A stretch of 64,000 nt of DNA from Vicinamibacterales bacterium (GCA_965206705.1 CBDBKJ010000005.1:642979-706978); one strand, 5' to 3'. Counted from the stretch's first letter, positions 8,867-18,119 are shown. Program-made: numbers and translations. Notes: generated from the sequence alone by a model not told the origin.

Positions 8867-9742
8867 TCAGTTCCGAGCTGCCTTTTCGCCGTCAGCCGCG
8901 CCTCGTGGACCCGCCGAATCGGCTCCGATTCCACCCACACCTGTTTTAGGAGAGCCGTATCTAAGCGGGCGGTCGTACATGGTTCCAGTGCTTCTCTCCG
9001 CCTCGATTGTTCCGTTGTCGTCCGCGATCATCCAGAATCCTGCAGCGTGCAGCGAGCTCCTGAAGCCGGGGAAAGCGAGGTTGGCGGCCGGCCTGACAGA
9101 ATTCGTATAGAGGACGGTAACAGGTCCTCGGCCAAGTTTGTTGAGCAGTTTTTCCAAGTCCTCAATGAGCGTGACCGCGTTCAGCGTCGGACTTGCGAGC
9201 AGGTAGGAAACAATGACGAACACTGGACGCCACTTCGGCGCCGGGCGCCAAGACACGGAGGAGATCGCGGACGACCAGTGGCGAGCGATCCGGAGCGCCC
9301 TATTGTGGTGTTCCGCCGCGCTTGCGAGTCGTTCGCCGAGCTCGCGCATCGCCTTGGATCGATCCACCCCGATGTAGTCGAATCTCGGGGCGGCGCCGAG
9401 AGCGCTGGCGAACGCAAGTCCGCCGGTAAACGGCCCGCAGCCCAAATCAACAACGATTGGTGCTTCCGGCAACGGTCCGGTAAACAGCATTTGAAACGCC
9501 TCGATGAGCTCCTGAAGGTGTCCAAATTGAAAAAAGTGAGTGTACATCAGGACGCGGTCGTCAGGCGACAAGTCCTGCCAACCCGTATCGAAATCGGCCT
9601 GTCCCCACCCGGCGATCTGGTGCGTTGCAGTGTTGCCATCGTAGCCAAGTATCGTGCCAGGCTGGGAACGAGGATCCATGTTTACGCGCTGCGTGATTTC
9701 AATGTCACGCAGCTTTTGCAGCCATTGGGGAAGTTGAGACAT
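8867..9742 (-). CDS. class I SAM-dependent methyltransferase-like protein (C-terminus altered by a 226-bp duplication/insertion)
   Basis: Motif I-like IVVDLGCGPFTGGLAF followed by YIGVDRS. There is no other recognisable family signature. The last ~45 codons run through repeat copy 2 and a G+C-rich insert. Confidence 0.55.
   Translation of the reverse strand: MSQLPQWLQKLRDIEITQRVNMDPRSQPGTILGYDGNTATHQIAGWGQADFDTGWQDLSPDDRVLMYTHFFQFGHLQELIEAFQMLFTGPLPEAPIVVDLGCGPFTGGLAFASALGAAPRFDYIGVDRSKAMRELGERLASAAEHHNRALRIARHWSSAISSVSWRPAPKWRPVFVIVSYLLASPTLNAVTLIEDLEKLLNKLGRGPVTVLYTNSVRPAANLAFPGFRSSLHAAGFWMIADDNGTIEAERSTGTMYDRPLRYGSPKTGVGGIGADSAGPRGAADGEKAARN
8956..9004. repeat. direct repeat copy 2 (49 nt)
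   Basis: CGTATCTAAGCGGGCGGTCGTACATGGTTCCAGTGCTTCTCTCCGCCTC. Lies inside the 3' end of the MTase-like ORF (encodes EAERSTGTMYDRPLRY). Confidence 0.85.
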
Positions 9743-9836
9743 CAGGGCGTTGTTTCCTCGGTCACCGGGAGATGCGTCAGGACAGCGTCAGCGTACTAGA
9801 TCGGGGCAGCTGCCGGAGTCACGGAGCACCTCCTGA

Positions 9837-9856
9837 AACCTCGGTCGACCGAGGTT
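9837..9856 (-). terminator. 20-bp perfect palindrome, likely terminator of the upstream core operon and boundary of the islet
   Basis: AACCTCGGTCGACCGAGGTT lies 17 nt downstream of the nucleoside hydrolase stop. In mRNA sense it is followed by UUUC. Confidence 0.5.
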
Positions 9857-9872
9857 CTCGCGGGCCGGTTGA

Positions 9873-10865
9873 TCACGGCAGGGGACTCGTCAGTAGGTCG
9901 GAGTACAGGTCGTAGAAGGCGCCGACGTCCAGATCGAGCATCACCTCGAGGGGGCGGGCGCGGGGGTCGTCCGGCGCCGTCACCGAGGTGGCGCCGCAGG
10001 CGGGGCCGAACGCCGTCTCGACCGCGATGGGCAGCGACTCGGACACCGTGACCACCGAGGGGTCGACGAGCCAGGCCGCGGTGATGCAGTCCCACACGTA
10101 GTAGGTGGCGGCGGGGTCGCGGGCGTAGCGCGGACCCATGTGGTGCTGCATGAGCCGGGTGAGCGGCGTGCCGGCGGCGACGATGCGGTCGAACAGGGCC
10201 TTGCGCACCGGGGCGTGGTTCGTGATGTCGAGGCCGAACATCACGAGGGAGGGCACGCCGGCCTGGAGGACCTCGGACGCCGCGTCCGGATCGAACCAGA
10301 TGTTGAACTCGGCCGCCGGTGTCACGTTCCCCGGCACCCGCGCGGCCCCGCCCATGAAGACGACGCGCTTGACGCGCGGCGCCAGATCGGGGCGCGCGCG
10401 GAACACCTGCGCGAGGTTGGTCATGGGGCCGACGGCCACGAGGGTGACCTCGTCGGGCCGGCGCTCGATGGTGTCGATGATGAACGACGCCGCGTCGGTG
10501 GGCCGGGGACGGACGGCCGCGAAACGTCCGCCGTGCGGCGGGCGCACCTCGGGTTCCGCGTCGAAGGCGCCCTTGAACGTGACTGGCCCCCACTGCGACT
10601 CCTGGCGCGCCGCCCGCTCCGGGGTGTTGACGAGGGGGGCGCGGGCGCCGAGATGGAGCGGGACGTCGGCCGCCCCCACGAGCTCCAGCAGATGCAGCAT
10701 GTGCTCGGCTCCCTGCGGGACCGTGTGGTTGCCGGCGACCACCGTGACGCCGAGCACGTCGACCCGGTCGGGCCGGCGAAGGAGCATGGCGAGGGCCGCG
10801 GCGTCGTCGTTGAAGACGGCCGAGTCGGTGTCGAAGATGATGGGCTCGGGCTCAGAAACGGACAT
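9873..10865 (-). CDS. nucleoside hydrolase (inosine/uridine-preferring family)
   Basis: N-terminal IIFDTDSAVFNDDAAALAMLL (DxDxxxDD Ca-binding motif) and 330 aa, typical for the IU_nuc_hydro family. Overlaps the TonB receptor stop by 14 nt. Confidence 0.8.
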   Translation of the reverse strand: MSVSEPEPIIFDTDSAVFNDDAAALAMLLRRPDRVDVLGVTVVAGNHTVPQGAEHMLHLLELVGAADVPLHLGARAPLVNTPERAARQESQWGPVTFKGAFDAEPEVRPPHGGRFAAVRPRPTDAASFIIDTIERRPDEVTLVAVGPMTNLAQVFRARPDLAPRVKRVVFMGGAARVPGNVTPAAEFNIWFDPDAASEVLQAGVPSLVMFGLDITNHAPVRKALFDRIVAAGTPLTRLMQHHMGPRYARDPAATYYVWDCITAAWLVDPSVVTVSESLPIAVETAFGPACGATSVTAPDDPRARPLEVMLDLDVGAFYDLYSDLLTSPLP

Positions 10866-13800
10866 TGATGCCTACCTGCGCGCGGCGGGTGTCGCCGAGC
10901 CCGCTGCGGATGGTTCCGTCGAAGTTGAAGAGCAGCGATCCCTGGGCGGTGTCGAGGATGTTGTCGGCGTTCAGGACGTTGAACATCTCGAACACCGGCT
11001 CGACGGTCGCGCCGTCCACCAGCCCGAAGCGCCGGGCGAGCCGGAGGTCCCACGTGACGAACTCGTTCTCCCGGCGCAGCGTGTTGCGCCGGAGAATCGA
11101 TCCGTCGGCGCAGATCCGGTCGGACGGCAGCGCGGCGCGGGCCCCCGGGTCGGCGCAGCGGGCTGAGACCGGCGACGCCGAGAGGTACTGGAACGCGTGG
11201 TCGAAGCGGACGTCGCCCGGCAGGGTGATCAGGACGTAGCCGTTCGCCCCGTGGCGCCGGTCGCGGTCGGACCAGCCGTACTCGGGCGCGAGGTCGGCCG
11301 CGCTCGCGTAACGGAACGTGAACGGGTCGCGTTCGTTGTCGTCGTCGGAACGGTCGAACGCGAGCGTGTAGTTCGTCTCGAAGGTGAGCCGGCCGCCGAA
11401 CGCGTTCCGCCCCCGCAGGCCGACCGTCAGGCCGTGATAGCGCGAGCGGGCGCTGCTCTCCGTGACGGTCAGAGAGCCCAGTCCGCCGCCCCAGGGGTGC
11501 GTCCCGATGCCGAAGGGCGCGCCGAGGACGGGGTCGTTGCGGTTGACGAAGCGGAAGAGGTTGTCGGTCCGGGCGTGAACGAATGTGGCGTTCGCCACGA
11601 GTCCGCGCCCGAGGTCCCGATCGACGGCGGCGCTGAACGACCAGGTGCGCGGCAGCTCCAGGTTGCGGTCGGCCACCTGGACGTCCGGCAGGAACGGCTG
11701 GGCCGCCGAGCCGTCGATCTGCCGGTCGAGAGGCGGCACCGGCCCGAGCGCGGGCGAGGCGGCGCTGCTGCGGAAGATGATCTGCTGGAAGGCGCCGTTG
11801 GTCGTGCGGTGTCCCGCGAAGACCAGCATCGGGATGCGCGCGACGTACGACCCGGCGTTGGCCCGCACCACCGTCCGGCCGTTGCCCCCGGCGTCCCACG
11901 CCAGCCCCAGGCGGGGCTGGAAGTTGTCGAGGTCGTCGGGAATCCGGCCGTCGGATGAGAAGCGGGGATCGTCGAGATAGGGCGCGAAGAAGGTGTCCTC
12001 GGGCTCGACGAAGACGTCGGGGTGCCACGAGCCTTCCCAGCGGAGGCCGAGGTCGAGGGTCAGCCGGTCATGCGGGGTCCACGTGTCCTGCAGAAAGAGT
12101 CCCAGCTCGTGGGTGCGGAGCTGCTGCCGCCCGAGCTGATCGGGGGGCACCCCGGGCACCGTCGCCGCCTGCAGGTAGAGCAGCACCGGTCCGGTGATCT
12201 GCGCGCCGGCCGGACAGAGGCCCACGTCGCTGCTCGACCCGTCCGAGCAGGTGACATAGCGGTGGCCCCGGGTCACGAAGTCGATGAAGCCGCCGACCGA
12301 GTCGAAGAGGTAGCGGCTGTTCGCGAACCCGATGAACTGCTGAGCGGCGTTGGTCCGGTTGTATTCCACGCCGGCCTTGACGAGGTGCCGGCCCAGCAGG
12401 ACCGAGGCGTTGTCGAGCACCTGCAGGCGGGTGTCGTACGACGGGTCGATCGGCAGAAAGAAGGGGAGCCCGATGCGGAACCCGTCCGCGAAATCCATGC
12501 CGACGTCGGGAAACGGCCGTCCCCCGAGCCGGTCGAACTGCGGGGGGCCGGGCGCCGCCGCCCCCGGCATCAGCGGTCCGTCGTACCAGCGGGGCCGGTG
12601 CTCGCGCGCCCACTGCAGGCGGAACTCGTTCGAAAGCGTGTTGCCGAGCAGCGAGCGGAGGCCGGTGTTGAACGCGTGCGAACTGTCCCGCTCGATCCCG
12701 TTGGCCGAGCGCCCCCACGCGTCGACGTCGAAGGTGCCGTTCACCTGCTCCGCCCAGGTGTGGTTGTACTTGCCGGAGAGCTGGTGGCGGGCGTCGAAGG
12801 TGACGTCCAGCTTGGCGAGGAACGATCGGGCGTCGTCGGTGCGCCGGATCGGTCCGAACTCGTCGTCGAACAGGCCCGGCCATCGGGATTGGAGGAAGGT
12901 CTCCAGCGTTCCGAGCGCCTCGGGGTTCGCGACGCGCCGGTCGGTCTGCCGGGTCTCGGCCGCCGCCTGCTGGTCGTAGGCCAGGAAGTAGAACGCCCGG
13001 TCGGGCACCAGGGGCCCGCCGAGGGTCGCGCCGAACTGATTGCGCCCGAAATCGGGCTCGCCGCCGCCGCGCTCGGGCGAGTACGCGGCGGAGATCTCGT
13101 CCCACTGCCCGTAGTAGTGGGCGGACCCGGTCGGATCGTTCGTGCCCGACTTGGTGATCACGTTGACGAAGCCGCCGGCCGAGCGGCCGAACTCTGCCGT
13201 CGCGCCCTGGTTCACCACCACGATCTCCTCGATCGCGTCCTGGTTGAAGGTGAACGCGGGCCGCTGGCCGCCCCGTTGCTCGCCGAAGAACGGATTGTTG
13301 AAGTCGGCGCCGTCCACGATGATGTTGTTGAAGATGCCGCGCTGGCCGGCGATGTTGAGCACGTCGCCGTCCGGGCCCTGCGAGACCGACGCCCCCGGGG
13401 TGAGCAGCGCCAGGTCGAGGTAGTTGCGGCCGTTGCTGGGAAGCCGGTCGACCACCTCCTCGGCCACCCGTTGGGAACTCGTGACGTCGGCCGTCGACAC
13501 CAGCCGCGCGCCGTCCGCCGCCACCGTGACCGTCTCGGCCGCCACCACCCGCAGATCGATCGCGAGGTCGATCGTCTCGCCGACCCGCAGCGTCGCGCCT
13601 TCGATGCGCTCGACGCCGTACCCGCCGTCGGCCGTCACCGTGAGGTCGTAGGTGCCCGGCGGCAGAAGCGCCCGCACGAACGTGCCGGCCGGCGTCGTCT
13701 CGACGATGGTCTGCAGGTCGGTCTCGAGGTGCAGGATGACGAGGACGGCGCCCGGCATCGGCTGGCCGAGCGGATCGCGGACCATGCCCCGGACGACGCC

Positions 13801-13968
13801 GGTCGTCGCGCCCGCCTGGGCCGCCGCGTCCGGCGCTCCCGCCGCGTGCAGGACCACCACCGCGGCGGCGCCGATCAGCCGGCGCCGCGCGGCCCGGAAG
13901 CGAAAGGGACGCCGCACGGCGGTGGGATCGGGTGACGTGCCCGCGGCGTTTCCGGGTCGTGTCCTCAT
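10852..13968 (-). CDS. TonB-dependent receptor with N-terminal carboxypeptidase-regulatory-like domain
   Basis: Start MRTRPGN... with a signal peptide. GVVRGMVRDPLGQPMPGAVLVILHLETD...GTYDLTV is a CarboxypepD_reg fold, followed by a plug and barrel. The C-terminus ends ...AQVGINVRF (terminal aromatic). Confidence 0.85.
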   Translation of the reverse strand: MRTRPGNAAGTSPDPTAVRRPFRFRAARRRLIGAAAVVVLHAAGAPDAAAQAGATTGVVRGMVRDPLGQPMPGAVLVILHLETDLQTIVETTPAGTFVRALLPPGTYDLTVTADGGYGVERIEGATLRVGETIDLAIDLRVVAAETVTVAADGARLVSTADVTSSQRVAEEVVDRLPSNGRNYLDLALLTPGASVSQGPDGDVLNIAGQRGIFNNIIVDGADFNNPFFGEQRGGQRPAFTFNQDAIEEIVVVNQGATAEFGRSAGGFVNVITKSGTNDPTGSAHYYGQWDEISAAYSPERGGGEPDFGRNQFGATLGGPLVPDRAFYFLAYDQQAAAETRQTDRRVANPEALGTLETFLQSRWPGLFDDEFGPIRRTDDARSFLAKLDVTFDARHQLSGKYNHTWAEQVNGTFDVDAWGRSANGIERDSSHAFNTGLRSLLGNTLSNEFRLQWAREHRPRWYDGPLMPGAAAPGPPQFDRLGGRPFPDVGMDFADGFRIGLPFFLPIDPSYDTRLQVLDNASVLLGRHLVKAGVEYNRTNAAQQFIGFANSRYLFDSVGGFIDFVTRGHRYVTCSDGSSSDVGLCPAGAQITGPVLLYLQAATVPGVPPDQLGRQQLRTHELGLFLQDTWTPHDRLTLDLGLRWEGSWHPDVFVEPEDTFFAPYLDDPRFSSDGRIPDDLDNFQPRLGLAWDAGGNGRTVVRANAGSYVARIPMLVFAGHRTTNGAFQQIIFRSSAASPALGPVPPLDRQIDGSAAQPFLPDVQVADRNLELPRTWSFSAAVDRDLGRGLVANATFVHARTDNLFRFVNRNDPVLGAPFGIGTHPWGGGLGSLTVTESSARSRYHGLTVGLRGRNAFGGRLTFETNYTLAFDRSDDDNERDPFTFRYASAADLAPEYGWSDRDRRHGANGYVLITLPGDVRFDHAFQYLSASPVSARCADPGARAALPSDRICADGSILRRNTLRRENEFVTWDLRLARRFGLVDGATVEPVFEMFNVLNADNILDTAQGSLLFNFDGTIRSGLGDTRRAQVGINVRF

Positions 13969-14057
13969 CGGATATCGACGAGGCGTGCCGAATCGAGGGT
14001 GAAACACCCGCGTTCCCCGGGAACACGTCGTCGGCGTCGGCTCCGGCATGCCATGCG

Positions 14058-16100
14058 CTACTCCGGCAGGGCCAGTGCGATCAGCTCGGGGACCGGCGTG
14101 CCGCCGACGGTCAGGGCGATGTACTGGCGCCCGTCGAGGAGATAGGTCATCGGGGTGCCGATCGCCCCGCGCGGGATGTCCACCGACGCCAACGCCTCGC
14201 CGGTCGCCTTGTCGACCGCGAGCAGGCGCGGACCGCCGGTCGAGCCGCCGGTGGTCAAAGCGTAGATGAGCAGGTTCGGGGTCACCAGCGGCCCGCTGCG
14301 GCTGCCGTCGCCGCCGAGGGGCGGCAGGTCGAGGTCGCGCAGCATCGGGTGGTTCCGCATGCGGTCGCCGTCGCCCAGCGGCTTCATCCACGCGTGGTCA
14401 CCGGTGTTCAGATCGATCGCGGTCATTCTGGAATACGGCGGCTTGAACAGCGGCAGGCCCTGGGGCATCGTCGGCGACCGGGTGCCGGCCCCGCGCGCCT
14501 CGATGATGTTCAGGGTGGCGCCCTCGCCAGGCTCGGGGTCGCGGTAGTTGCGCACGCTGAAGGCGTTGACCGAGGGCACGTAGAGCATTCCCGTCTCGGG
14601 GTCGACCCCGGCTCCCGACCAGTTGGCGCCGCCCCCCGCGCTGGGGCGCTGAATCGTCCCGCTGAGGCTCTGCGGCGTGAACAGCGGCCCGAGCCGGAAC
14701 CCGTCGACCGCATCGATCGCCATCTGGCGGATCTCCTGCGTGAAGTCGGCCAGATCGTCGACGGTGGCGCCCTGATACTCGAACGGCGCCGGCCGGGTGG
14801 GGAACGGCTGGGTGGGCCAGACCAGCTCGCCGGGGATGTCCGTGTCGGTGGGTACCGGGCGCTCCTCGATCGGCCAGACCGGCTCGCCGGTGACCCGGTC
14901 GAAGACGTACAGGAATCCCTGCTTGCTGACTTGCGCCAACGCCTTGACGGGACGGCCGTCCACCTCGATGTCGACGAGATTCGGGGCGGCGGGGAAGTCG
15001 TAGTCCCACAGCCCGTGATGCACCGCCTGGAAGTGCCACTCGCGCTGGCCGGTCTCGATGTCCAGCGCCACCACGCTCTCGGCGAACAGGTTCTCGCCCG
15101 GCCGGTGGCCGCCGTAGTAGTCGGGGGCCGGCGTGTTGGTCGGCAGATACACGAGGCCGAGCTCGGGATCCGCGCTCATCATCGACCACACCCCGACCTT
15201 GCCGGTGACCCGCCACGAGTCGCCGCCCCAGGTGTCGTTGCCGAACTCGTCGCCCTGGGGAATCGTGTGGAAGGTCCACTTGGTGCGGCCGGAGTGCACG
15301 TCGAATCCCCGCATCCACCCCGGCGGGGCTTCCCGCGTGATGTTGTACGACGAGATGGACGACGGGGTGATGATGGTGTCGCCGACCACCAGCGGCGGCG
15401 ACTGCACCGAATAGAGCAGGGCGTTCAACCAGTCCCGGTCTTCGCGGGCCGCGCGGGGGAGGTCGCGGGTGAGGTCGACGCGGCCATTCTCGCCGAAGTC
15501 AGCGCACGGACGCCCGGTCGCAGCCTCCACGCAGAGCAGGAAGCCGTTGCTCGTGCCCCAGAAGATGCGTTCCGCCGACCCGTCGGTCCAGTAGGCGACG
15601 CCGCGCTGGTTCCAGCGCGCGGTCATGGTGGTCGTGCCGGCCTCGTAGGTCTTCGGGTTGTAGACCCAGAGGGTCTCCCCGGTGGCCGCATCGACGGCGG
15701 CGCCCTGCGATGTCGGCATGTTGATGAACATCCGGCCGCCGACCATCAGCGGCGTCGCCTTGAGGTTGTTCGTATAGGGCGACTGGCGGTCGCGCCAGAG
15801 GTCGGGGTCCGCCTGGTCCAGGGCCTCGAAGACGACGTCCGATTGGGCCCGCCACTCGCCTCCGTCCGGGGTCGTCATGCTGACCCAGGCGTCGGCCGAC
15901 TGCCAGCGCCAAGCGATCTCCAGATCGCCGAAGTTGGCAGCGTCGATCTGGTCGAGCGGCGAGTATTTGGTGCTGCCGAGGTCGCCGCCGTAGGTGGGCC
16001 ACTCGCCGTTGGCAGGCGCCCCCTGTTGCGCGGCCGCCATCGGCGCAACCAGGATCGCCGCGCCCAGCATCCAGCAGATCGGGTGAACCCATCGCATCAT
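14058..16100 (-). CDS. PQQ-dependent dehydrogenase (quinoprotein, 8-bladed propeller type)
   Basis: MMRWVHPICWMLGAAILVAPMAAAQQ signal peptide, then GEWPTYGGDLGSTKYSPLDQI, the canonical quinoprotein N-terminus. About 680 aa. Confidence 0.85.
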   Translation of the reverse strand: MMRWVHPICWMLGAAILVAPMAAAQQGAPANGEWPTYGGDLGSTKYSPLDQIDAANFGDLEIAWRWQSADAWVSMTTPDGGEWRAQSDVVFEALDQADPDLWRDRQSPYTNNLKATPLMVGGRMFINMPTSQGAAVDAATGETLWVYNPKTYEAGTTTMTARWNQRGVAYWTDGSAERIFWGTSNGFLLCVEAATGRPCADFGENGRVDLTRDLPRAAREDRDWLNALLYSVQSPPLVVGDTIITPSSISSYNITREAPPGWMRGFDVHSGRTKWTFHTIPQGDEFGNDTWGGDSWRVTGKVGVWSMMSADPELGLVYLPTNTPAPDYYGGHRPGENLFAESVVALDIETGQREWHFQAVHHGLWDYDFPAAPNLVDIEVDGRPVKALAQVSKQGFLYVFDRVTGEPVWPIEERPVPTDTDIPGELVWPTQPFPTRPAPFEYQGATVDDLADFTQEIRQMAIDAVDGFRLGPLFTPQSLSGTIQRPSAGGGANWSGAGVDPETGMLYVPSVNAFSVRNYRDPEPGEGATLNIIEARGAGTRSPTMPQGLPLFKPPYSRMTAIDLNTGDHAWMKPLGDGDRMRNHPMLRDLDLPPLGGDGSRSGPLVTPNLLIYALTTGGSTGGPRLLAVDKATGEALASVDIPRGAIGTPMTYLLDGRQYIALTVGGTPVPELIALALPE

Positions 16101-16220
16101 CGTCGTCGCTCCTCGCAGGTGTCGAGCCCCGTCATCAAGGCGTTCATGATACCGCCACCTGCCGCGAGGCGACGATTTCCGGGGCCAGGGGTCTGCGCCG
16201 CGTAGCGGTGGAGCCTCCTG

Positions 16221-16290
16221 GGAGGGTTGGTTGGGCGGCAATCGGAGCCGCAGCGCGACCCTGCGGTCGCGTTCGGCGACGATTTCCGGG
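16221..16290 (+). repeat. conserved ~70-nt intergenic element, copy 1 (core 16247..16290); partial extra copy of the 3' box at 16168..16183
   Basis: GAGGGTTGGTTGGGCGGCAATCGGAGCCGCAGCGCGACCCTGCGGTCGCGTTCGGCGACGATTTCCGGGC. The core is 43/44 identical to 27999..28042. Contains alternative hairpins CCGCAG/CTGCGG and CGCGACC/GGTCGCG. Confidence 0.8.
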
Positions 16291-16306
16291 CTAGAATGGC
16301 CGTACG

Positions 16307-17050
16307 ATGCCCGAACAGATCCGCGGCCGGAGGCAGCATGCGGCGGCGGGCCTCGCCGCCGTGGCGGCGGTCGGTTGCGCCTTCGGCGCCGCCGTGGTCG
16401 AGGGGCGCATGGGCACGGCGCAACGCGAGCGGCGGCCGCCGCCCGAGACCTGGCATTGGGTGCTCCCCGCGCAGCACGGCGGGGTCGAGGTCGCCGAGCT
16501 GCATCCCGGCGACTGCTACGTGATTCGGCAGGCGGACGGCATCGTGTACTTCAGCGAGCCCCCGCCGGAGGTCCTCGAGCTCCAGGCCCGGCTTGGCGAC
16601 CCCGTCGCCCATCTCGTCGAGGAGGTCGGCGAGCATCCCGAGTGCCGGCGGGAAGAGTGCGTCGCCATGTCCCGCCTGACGGCGGCGATCACGGCGCGGC
16701 TCGTCGAGGCCGGCGATCGGCGGGCGGTCCGGCGGGCGAACCATCGGCCGTCGCCGCTCGACGACATGCGGGGCGGCGCGTACTCGGACGTGGGCTCCGG
16801 GAACCGCGGCCGCTATCGCCAGACCCGGGAGCAGCGCATGGCGTACCTGCACCTGCGCACCGCCGCCCGGGACAACTGCTATGCCGCGCAGGTGCCGCGG
16901 ACGTTGACGATCCACGTCCGGGACCGGCAGCATCGCGACGACCGGACCGGGTTCTACAGCGGATATCTGTATCTGGAACATCACCACGCGCCGATTCCGG
17001 GGCGGGTGGCAACGAACGAGCTCGTTTTCGTGGAGGCGAATGACCGATGA
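16307..17050 (+). CDS. hypothetical protein (N-terminal hydrophobic segment)
   Basis: 247-aa ORF with normal amino-acid composition. 4-nt ATGA overlap with the downstream MBL hydrolase gene. No recognisable motif. Confidence 0.5.
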   Translation: MPEQIRGRRQHAAAGLAAVAAVGCAFGAAVVEGRMGTAQRERRPPPETWHWVLPAQHGGVEVAELHPGDCYVIRQADGIVYFSEPPPEVLELQARLGDPVAHLVEEVGEHPECRREECVAMSRLTAAITARLVEAGDRRAVRRANHRPSPLDDMRGGAYSDVGSGNRGRYRQTREQRMAYLHLRTAARDNCYAAQVPRTLTIHVRDRQHRDDRTGFYSGYLYLEHHHAPIPGRVATNELVFVEANDR

Positions 17051-18108
17051 GACGATTCCTGATGACCCTTTCCATCGGCGCCCTGGCCGTGTTCGCGGCC
17101 CAGTGGCAGACCCGCGGCGCCGTCCTGCAGAGCCCGGACGGCAGTCCGAGTCACCGGTTCGAGGAGCTGGCTGACGGGGTCTGGTTCGCGATCGGCACCG
17201 GGTCGATGACGGTCATGAGCAACTCGCTGGTCATCATCAACGACGACCACGTGATGCTGGTCGACACGTCGGTGACCCCGGCCGCGGCGCGCGGGCTCGT
17301 CGAGGGCGTCGCCACCCTGACCGACAAGCCGATCGAGTACGTCTTCAACAGCCACTACCACTTCGACCACGCGCACGGCAACCAGATCTTCGGTGACGAC
17401 GTGGAGATCATCGGCCACGACTTCGTGCGCACGATGCTGTCGTCCGACGTGCTCAGCCAGCGCACCAACCGTTCGTTCACCGCGGTGATTCCCAATCAGA
17501 TCGAGCAGCGGAAGGCGCAGATCGCCGCCGCCGACGAGTCCGAGCGGGCCGGGCTCGAAACCCAGCTCCGCATTCAGGAGGCGCACTGGGAGGCGCTGCA
17601 GGAGACGGTGCCGACCCCGCCCAACCTGACCTACAGCGACACCATGACGCTGGTCAAGGGAGGGCGCGAAGTGCAGCTCCACTTCCCCGGGCGCGGCCAC
17701 ACCGGCGGCGACACCCTCGTGTTTCTCCCCGAGGAGCGCATCGTGTTCACCGGCGACTTCTTCGTCGGGCGCCCCGGGGGCCATGGCCTGCCGTACATGG
17801 GGGACGGCTACGTCGAGGAGTGGCCGGCGTCGCTCGACCGGCTGAAGGCGCTCGAGTTCGACGTGATGGTGCCCGGCCACGGCATGCCGTTCACCGAGCG
17901 TGAGCAGATCGACCACCTGCAGGCCTATCTCCGCGATCTGAACCGTCAGGTGAACGCGCTGTACGCCGAGGGCGTCTCTGCCCAGAGCGCGGCTCGGCGC
18001 GTGGACCTCGGCGCCCACGCCCAGCACTACGGCGCGGGGGCGGCGCGGGTCGATCCGCGCGCCGTGGTCCGCATGTACGAGCGGCTGCAGATCAAGATGC
18101 CGCGGTAG
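17047..18108 (+). CDS. MBL-fold metallo-hydrolase (secreted)
   Basis: Signal peptide MRRFLMTLSIGALAVFAAQ. Metal motif FNSHYHFDHAHGN (HxHxDH) and a later GRGHTGGD. Confidence 0.85.
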   Translation: MRRFLMTLSIGALAVFAAQWQTRGAVLQSPDGSPSHRFEELADGVWFAIGTGSMTVMSNSLVIINDDHVMLVDTSVTPAAARGLVEGVATLTDKPIEYVFNSHYHFDHAHGNQIFGDDVEIIGHDFVRTMLSSDVLSQRTNRSFTAVIPNQIEQRKAQIAAADESERAGLETQLRIQEAHWEALQETVPTPPNLTYSDTMTLVKGGREVQLHFPGRGHTGGDTLVFLPEERIVFTGDFFVGRPGGHGLPYMGDGYVEEWPASLDRLKALEFDVMVPGHGMPFTEREQIDHLQAYLRDLNRQVNALYAEGVSAQSAARRVDLGAHAQHYGAGAARVDPRAVVRMYERLQIKMPR

Positions 18109-18119
18109 GACGGAACGCG

